Shown: one piece after another, positions 61,101 through 64,000 of the stretch | Position numbering within the stretch: the first letter of the stretch is position 1 | Layout of the letters: each line of letters opens with the position of its first letter | Assembly (NCBI GenBank): GCA_029261295.1 | Contig: JAJDBP010000014.1 | Coordinates: 8,474 to 72,473, forward strand | Reading direction: 5' to 3' | From: Nitrospirales bacterium | GTDB lineage: Bacteria > Nitrospirota > Nitrospiria > Nitrospirales > UBA8639 | DNA: 64,000 nt | Translations under genes and position numbers: made by a program | Notes under the pieces: model-generated | What the model saw: the letters and a program-made list of their open reading frames with translations, nothing else | Told to the model about the DNA's origin: nothing | Database searches by the model: none

Positions 61101-64000
61101 TGATACGGTCGACATCTTGACCTTAGAAGCCAATGGGACCCTATTCGACACAGTCTTGCATGAGTTTGGCCATCTCTTAGGCATCGGGTCGATCTGGGGA
61201 GGCTTGAATCTCATTGACGGATCTGGAACATCTAACCCCCAATACACCGGGGCCGACGCCACTGCAGAGTACAACGCGATCTTTGGCCTCAACGCCTCAT
61301 CTGTTCCCGTTGAAAACACCGGTGGTGCTGGTACCGCCAATGTGCATTGGCTCGAGACCACGTTTATGAATGAGCTGATGACCGGATTTATCGATAGCGA
61401 AAATCCGATGAGCCGAGTGACCATTGCCTCATTACAGGACTACGGCTATTCAGTGAACTTTTCTGTCGCCGATGATTATCCATCACCCCCATCGCCCTCT
61501 CCTTCACCCCTCACAGACCATGACCATGATGAAACTGATTTGCTCAACTTGAATTTCGGTGGTGGTGATGTCGAAGACATCGTTCCAGGTGTCGTCGTGC
61601 CTGACGGCTTACTCTTTGATTTCGGCACTCCCGGTTCTGCCGTTGGCAGCGGATATACCGAAATCACCTCTACAACCACATATGACGCCGGACAAGGCTT
61701 TGGTTGGATGCCCGGCTTTTTTGTCAGCGCAGATGATCGGGGAGCAATCGGATTCAACAACGATCTCACGCGTGACTTTAATAAATCAAACAACGGAACA
61801 TTTCTCGTCGATCTGGCCGACGGCATCTATGACGTCACGCTGACCATGGGCGACAGTCAGTTAAGTACGAATCAAATGGAAGTGTTCATCGAAGGGGAAA
61901 TGCGCGGCAATACGAGTACGCAGCCAGGTGAGTTTATCTCCACCGGATACCGGGTCATCGTCATCGATGGGCAGCTCAATTTACAAATAACTAGCACCAG
62001 TGGTGCCCTCATCAACGCACTGGTCATTGAAGAAGTGGCGTTGGGTGACTTTAGTAATATCGCCCCTTCAGTGGATGCGACCGGTCGCTTCGCCTTTGCC
62101 GTGGAAAACTTGGACAATGGCTTTATCCTGCGTGGGTCTCACGAACTGACCGAAGGCGGCCCCTTGTGCCCCGATGGAATCTTCTTTGCCCCCAATACCT
62201 CGTATCGACAATGGGTCTTGAATATCGACACGCTTGAAGTCGGAATCACCAATTTTGTCACACCCGCTTCCGGGCAGAATTTTAACATGCCCTGGATCAT
62301 CATGGGCCCGGGGAGCGGATTCGATCCCGATGGCGACGGCTTGGATCAAACCGGTGAGTTCATCATCGGAACGAACTCCGATAATCCTGACACAGACGGT
62401 GATGGGATTAGTGATTTAGCCGAACTTCAGCAGGGCTTAGATCCATTGGGCGGGCTATCCTTGCCAACAGGTGTCATTGCTAATGTGCCATTACAAGGCG
62501 TGGCCAAAGAAGTCGTCGTCACAGGTTCGGTCAACAATAGTAATCTTCAGACCGCGTATGTCGCCACCGGATCATTTGGATTGGCCATCGTCAACACGTC
62601 ACAGTTCCAAAATCCCGTGGTTTTGAGTGAACTAGATTTACCGGGCGATGCAGTGGACGTGGCTGTAGATTCACAGATCGGAATCGCAGCCGTGGCATCC
62701 GGGTCCGGAGGCTTACATTTGGTTGATGTGTCGGATCCGCAATTCCCGGTATTACTCGACACGATTAACTCCATCATCAATCAAGTCGAAGTCGTGGACG
62801 GTATCGCCTATGCTGCAGTCGGCGGTGAACTGCGCGCCTATGACATGTTGACGGGCGAACGAAATGAAACGCTGTTTCTCGGAGGCAACACCATCGTAGG
62901 CCTCGCCCGCGAAGGCGCGATGCTGTATACCATGGATTCCGCACGGACATTGCGCGCCGTTGACATCAGCACCGGCGTGATGGCCGCAAGAGGCTCTACC
63001 ACCTTTGCCCTTCCTCCACCTGAAAATAACAATTTTACGCCAGGTAAATTATTCGTCGGCAACGGCTTCGCATATGTTGCAGGTGAGGGTAACTTCAACG
63101 GTGGGTTCGCAACAGTCGATGTGTCCAATCCCGATAACCTCGTGCCGTTTAGTGGCGTAGATGATATCGCAATTGCTGGCAAGGCAATCGTGGCAAACGG
63201 ATCGGGACTGGGTGTAACGGTAGGGCAGCCTGGCGGTGCATTTGGCGTGGAAGTATTAGACGTTGTGGACCTTTCCAATCCCCTCAATACCGACGATATC
63301 ATCGCACGATTTAATCTCCCTACAGCCCCATTCAGCGTGGCACTGGGTGGTGGCATCGCTTTTGTCGCTGACGGCATCGCAGGGCTACAGGTGGTCAACT
63401 TCCTCGGATTCGATGCTCAGGGCCAAGCACCCACAGTTGATATTACCTCCGGGGTGACGGACGTGGATCTAGTCACACCTGGCATCCAAGTATTGGAAGG
63501 CTCGACTATCCCAATCTTGGCCATCATTACCGATGACGTGCAAATTCGTAACGCGGAATTGTTAGTAGATGGAGTCGTCGTGCGCAACGACGTGTCCTTC
63601 CCCTTTGATTTTTCAGCCATCGCGCCCAACATTGTCAATCCTGGCGACACTGTGGAAATTCAGGTTCGTGCCACCGATACCGGTGGCAATACCACGATCT
63701 CTGCTCCACTCTCCCTAGATCTAGTCCCCGATACCTTCGCCCCAACCATCAATAATATCAGTCCGACAGAAGGTTCCAAACGCGGCCAGGCATTCCGCAC
63801 CGTCGTGATCAATTTCTCCGAAGCCATGGACGAATCGACACTCACGGCAACCAACATTCAACTCATTGGCCCCGGTGGCGCAGTAACCCCTACGGATATC
63901 CAAACCCGCAATGACGGCAGGATTGTTCAATTAACGTACGACACATTGGCAGACGGCAGCCACCAGATCGTCATCGACAACACGCAGGTCACAGACCGCG
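58180..64000 (+). CDS. Second giant adhesin-like protein (partial, more than 1940 aa, continuing past the window end). It is a paralog of 22814..32437 but carries a zinc-metalloprotease (HEFGH) cassette.
   Basis: This gene is not in the ORF track because it has no stop in the window. I hand-translated frame +1 from ATG 58180 to 63999 and found no stop. Landmarks:
- N-terminus: MEPFTTKIDNN...RYRLESLEPRILLSAD.
- Dockerin-like pair: DIDANTAATEADGELIIRYLFGLRD and LDVDGDMQANPMTDGQLILRFIQGLTG.
- Ig-like: LANDTGSSATDGISTDPTITG.
- CarboxypepD_reg-like: LSGRVVD...VAGVEIFILG...FTDANGLFQL.
- (GPN)x7.
- Protease: VLHEFGHLLGIGSIWG ... GGAGTANVHWLETTFMNELMTG.
- TSP3: DPDGDGLDQ...DNPDTDGDGISDLAELQQGLDPLG.
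- LVIVD-type: GSFGLAIVNTSQFQNPVVL and GLHLVDVSDPQFP.
All long antisense ORFs here (59356..59925, 60795..61424, 62838..63398 and others) are shadows. Confidence 0.9.
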   Translation, partial: MEPFTTKIDNNVSTWNRLKRRAQAAMRRRQSAIVGVNSNRARYRLESLEPRILLSADPILPVESEDLATPLVIETNPEEPTVTFEESALTSTGQALTGAESLDIDANTAATEADGELIIRYLFGLRDDALTSGLVDLAQGLRTDSQDIVDFLNPLLPTTPGVDALLDVDGDMQANPMTDGQLILRFIQGLTGTELTTGVVNSLGNRTDPVEIHDFLTQFLPVIIPTVITANLANDTGSSATDGISTDPTITGSISDPNILTVFEAGFDTTPLANFVDLLSLVDPVTGLFSLTSLDLDTINGGPLGQGPHTLHIHATNSSGGDDLFDLAFTFDSMAPLINLDNPTEGGLLAEESRVTGIADPTGSTLATLTYAFDGGTDTPIPFNAATGSLDQLLNLSTLAAGGHTLTIHAMDIAGNEATEVLNVNLPAVIPFAITAVTPTENLNNIGTTFRPQVFFSRAVDPATLNNTNFFATDSAGQPLAATIVPGEDGQFAWLFFDAPLPGASTVTVHIDGSGILAASDGQALDADDDGNPGGSFQYSFTTVSLAPVANTTLSGRVVDPGPDLIPMTSDDVEAGPDGLLHTDDDIFLFPVAGVEIFILGLEDQAVFTDANGLFQLTSVPAGNVKVAVNGLTATNLPAGVFFPEMVMDATMQAGMDNAVMPGMEVVYLPRILSQSLQPISDTDPTMVGVDAMTAPNLTDEQRQFLTLEVQPGSLVGMDGQTLPGGTGMVGISTVPPELVRDMLPPGLLQHTFDITIQAPDTAVFDTPLELTFPNIFESAPGTQLFFLSFDHTTGLLVIEGTATVSADGLSVTTDPGQGITKPGWHGLTPPGPGGGGDLPRGPNGPNGPNGPNGPNGPNGPNGTIPPGGSDPYDIEVIFPDMSLTAAQQTIILDAAARWEEVIVLGLPSVTIAQEDFVDFNIDTFGLTMDLNVDDLTVFVTANNTDGAGNNLASAGVRVIRSATNLPAVGAFRIDTVDILTLEANGTLFDTVLHEFGHLLGIGSIWGGLNLIDGSGTSNPQYTGADATAEYNAIFGLNASSVPVENTGGAGTANVHWLETTFMNELMTGFIDSENPMSRVTIASLQDYGYSVNFSVADDYPSPPSPSPSPLTDHDHDETDLLNLNFGGGDVEDIVPGVVVPDGLLFDFGTPGSAVGSGYTEITSTTTYDAGQGFGWMPGFFVSADDRGAIGFNNDLTRDFNKSNNGTFLVDLADGIYDVTLTMGDSQLSTNQMEVFIEGEMRGNTSTQPGEFISTGYRVIVIDGQLNLQITSTSGALINALVIEEVALGDFSNIAPSVDATGRFAFAVENLDNGFILRGSHELTEGGPLCPDGIFFAPNTSYRQWVLNIDTLEVGITNFVTPASGQNFNMPWIIMGPGSGFDPDGDGLDQTGEFIIGTNSDNPDTDGDGISDLAELQQGLDPLGGLSLPTGVIANVPLQGVAKEVVVTGSVNNSNLQTAYVATGSFGLAIVNTSQFQNPVVLSELDLPGDAVDVAVDSQIGIAAVASGSGGLHLVDVSDPQFPVLLDTINSIINQVEVVDGIAYAAVGGELRAYDMLTGERNETLFLGGNTIVGLAREGAMLYTMDSARTLRAVDISTGVMAARGSTTFALPPPENNNFTPGKLFVGNGFAYVAGEGNFNGGFATVDVSNPDNLVPFSGVDDIAIAGKAIVANGSGLGVTVGQPGGAFGVEVLDVVDLSNPLNTDDIIARFNLPTAPFSVALGGGIAFVADGIAGLQVVNFLGFDAQGQAPTVDITSGVTDVDLVTPGIQVLEGSTIPILAIITDDVQIRNAELLVDGVVVRNDVSFPFDFSAIAPNIVNPGDTVEIQVRATDTGGNTTISAPLSLDLVPDTFAPTINNISPTEGSKRGQAFRTVVINFSEAMDESTLTATNIQLIGPGGAVTPTDIQTRNDGRIVQLTYDTLADGSHQIVIDNTQVTDR
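60703..60765 (+). repeat. Seven tandem in-frame 9-bp repeats (ggcccSaaY) encoding (Gly-Pro-Asn)x7
   Basis: The units are ggccccaat ggcccgaat ggcccgaat ggcccgaat ggccccaac ggccccaac ggcccgaat. They are codon-aligned with the giant CDS, since (60703-58180) is divisible by 3. Confidence 0.95.

Noticed and set aside
58245-63930. Many 60-210-aa minus-strand ORFs in the track: 58245..58532, 59356..59925, 59535..59939, 60450..60773, 60795..61424, 61476..61826, 62838..63398 and others.
   Set aside because: They all lie antisense to, or out of frame with, one uninterrupted +1 frame from ATG 58180 to the window end. That frame encodes recognisable domains. The track omits the real gene only because it has no stop within the window.

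Overview
This 64-kb chromosomal segment has roughly balanced GC by eye and is almost entirely devoted to exported and cell-surface proteins of a diderm environmental bacterium. I cannot determine the taxon. PEP-CTERM tails and LEPRILLSAD N-termini point to an EPS-producing Gram-negative lineage. I recognised no rRNA, tRNA, CRISPR array, transposase, integrase or prophage backbone.

About 36 genes are supported:
- Two paralogous giant adhesin-like proteins: 3207 aa, and more than 1940 aa running off the right edge.
- A 1959-aa PKD/Calx-beta/Vps62/PASTA protein.
- Two PQQ-sugar-dehydrogenase-like beta-propellers.
- An M36 fungalysin-like protease.
- An M10 matrixin with a PEP-CTERM tail, plus two more PEP-CTERM proteins.
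- A C-type lectin.
- A tandem array of seven DUF1566 paralogs.
- Three collagen-stalk proteins that share one N-terminal module but carry different heads: lamin-tail domains, an Hcp-like domain, and a tail-fibre beta-helix with an S74 chaperone.
- A free Sec-exported Hcp-like protein.
- A C39 peptidase paired with an HTH/beta-barrel protein.
- Three paralogous low-complexity secreted proteins.
- A SorC-like regulator.
- A deoxyribosyltransferase-like/Macro fusion.
- An NDH-2/cNMP-binding fusion.

The main unexplained structure is modular. A dockerin-like Ca-loop/helix module sits on at least 11 otherwise unrelated exported proteins. A TM-less polybasic C-terminal tail sits on 6-7 of them. A collagen triple-helix junction acts as an adaptor for swapped heads. 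Together these suggest an undescribed surface-display or matrix-assembly system.

All domain calls are motif recognition by eye. No searches were run.
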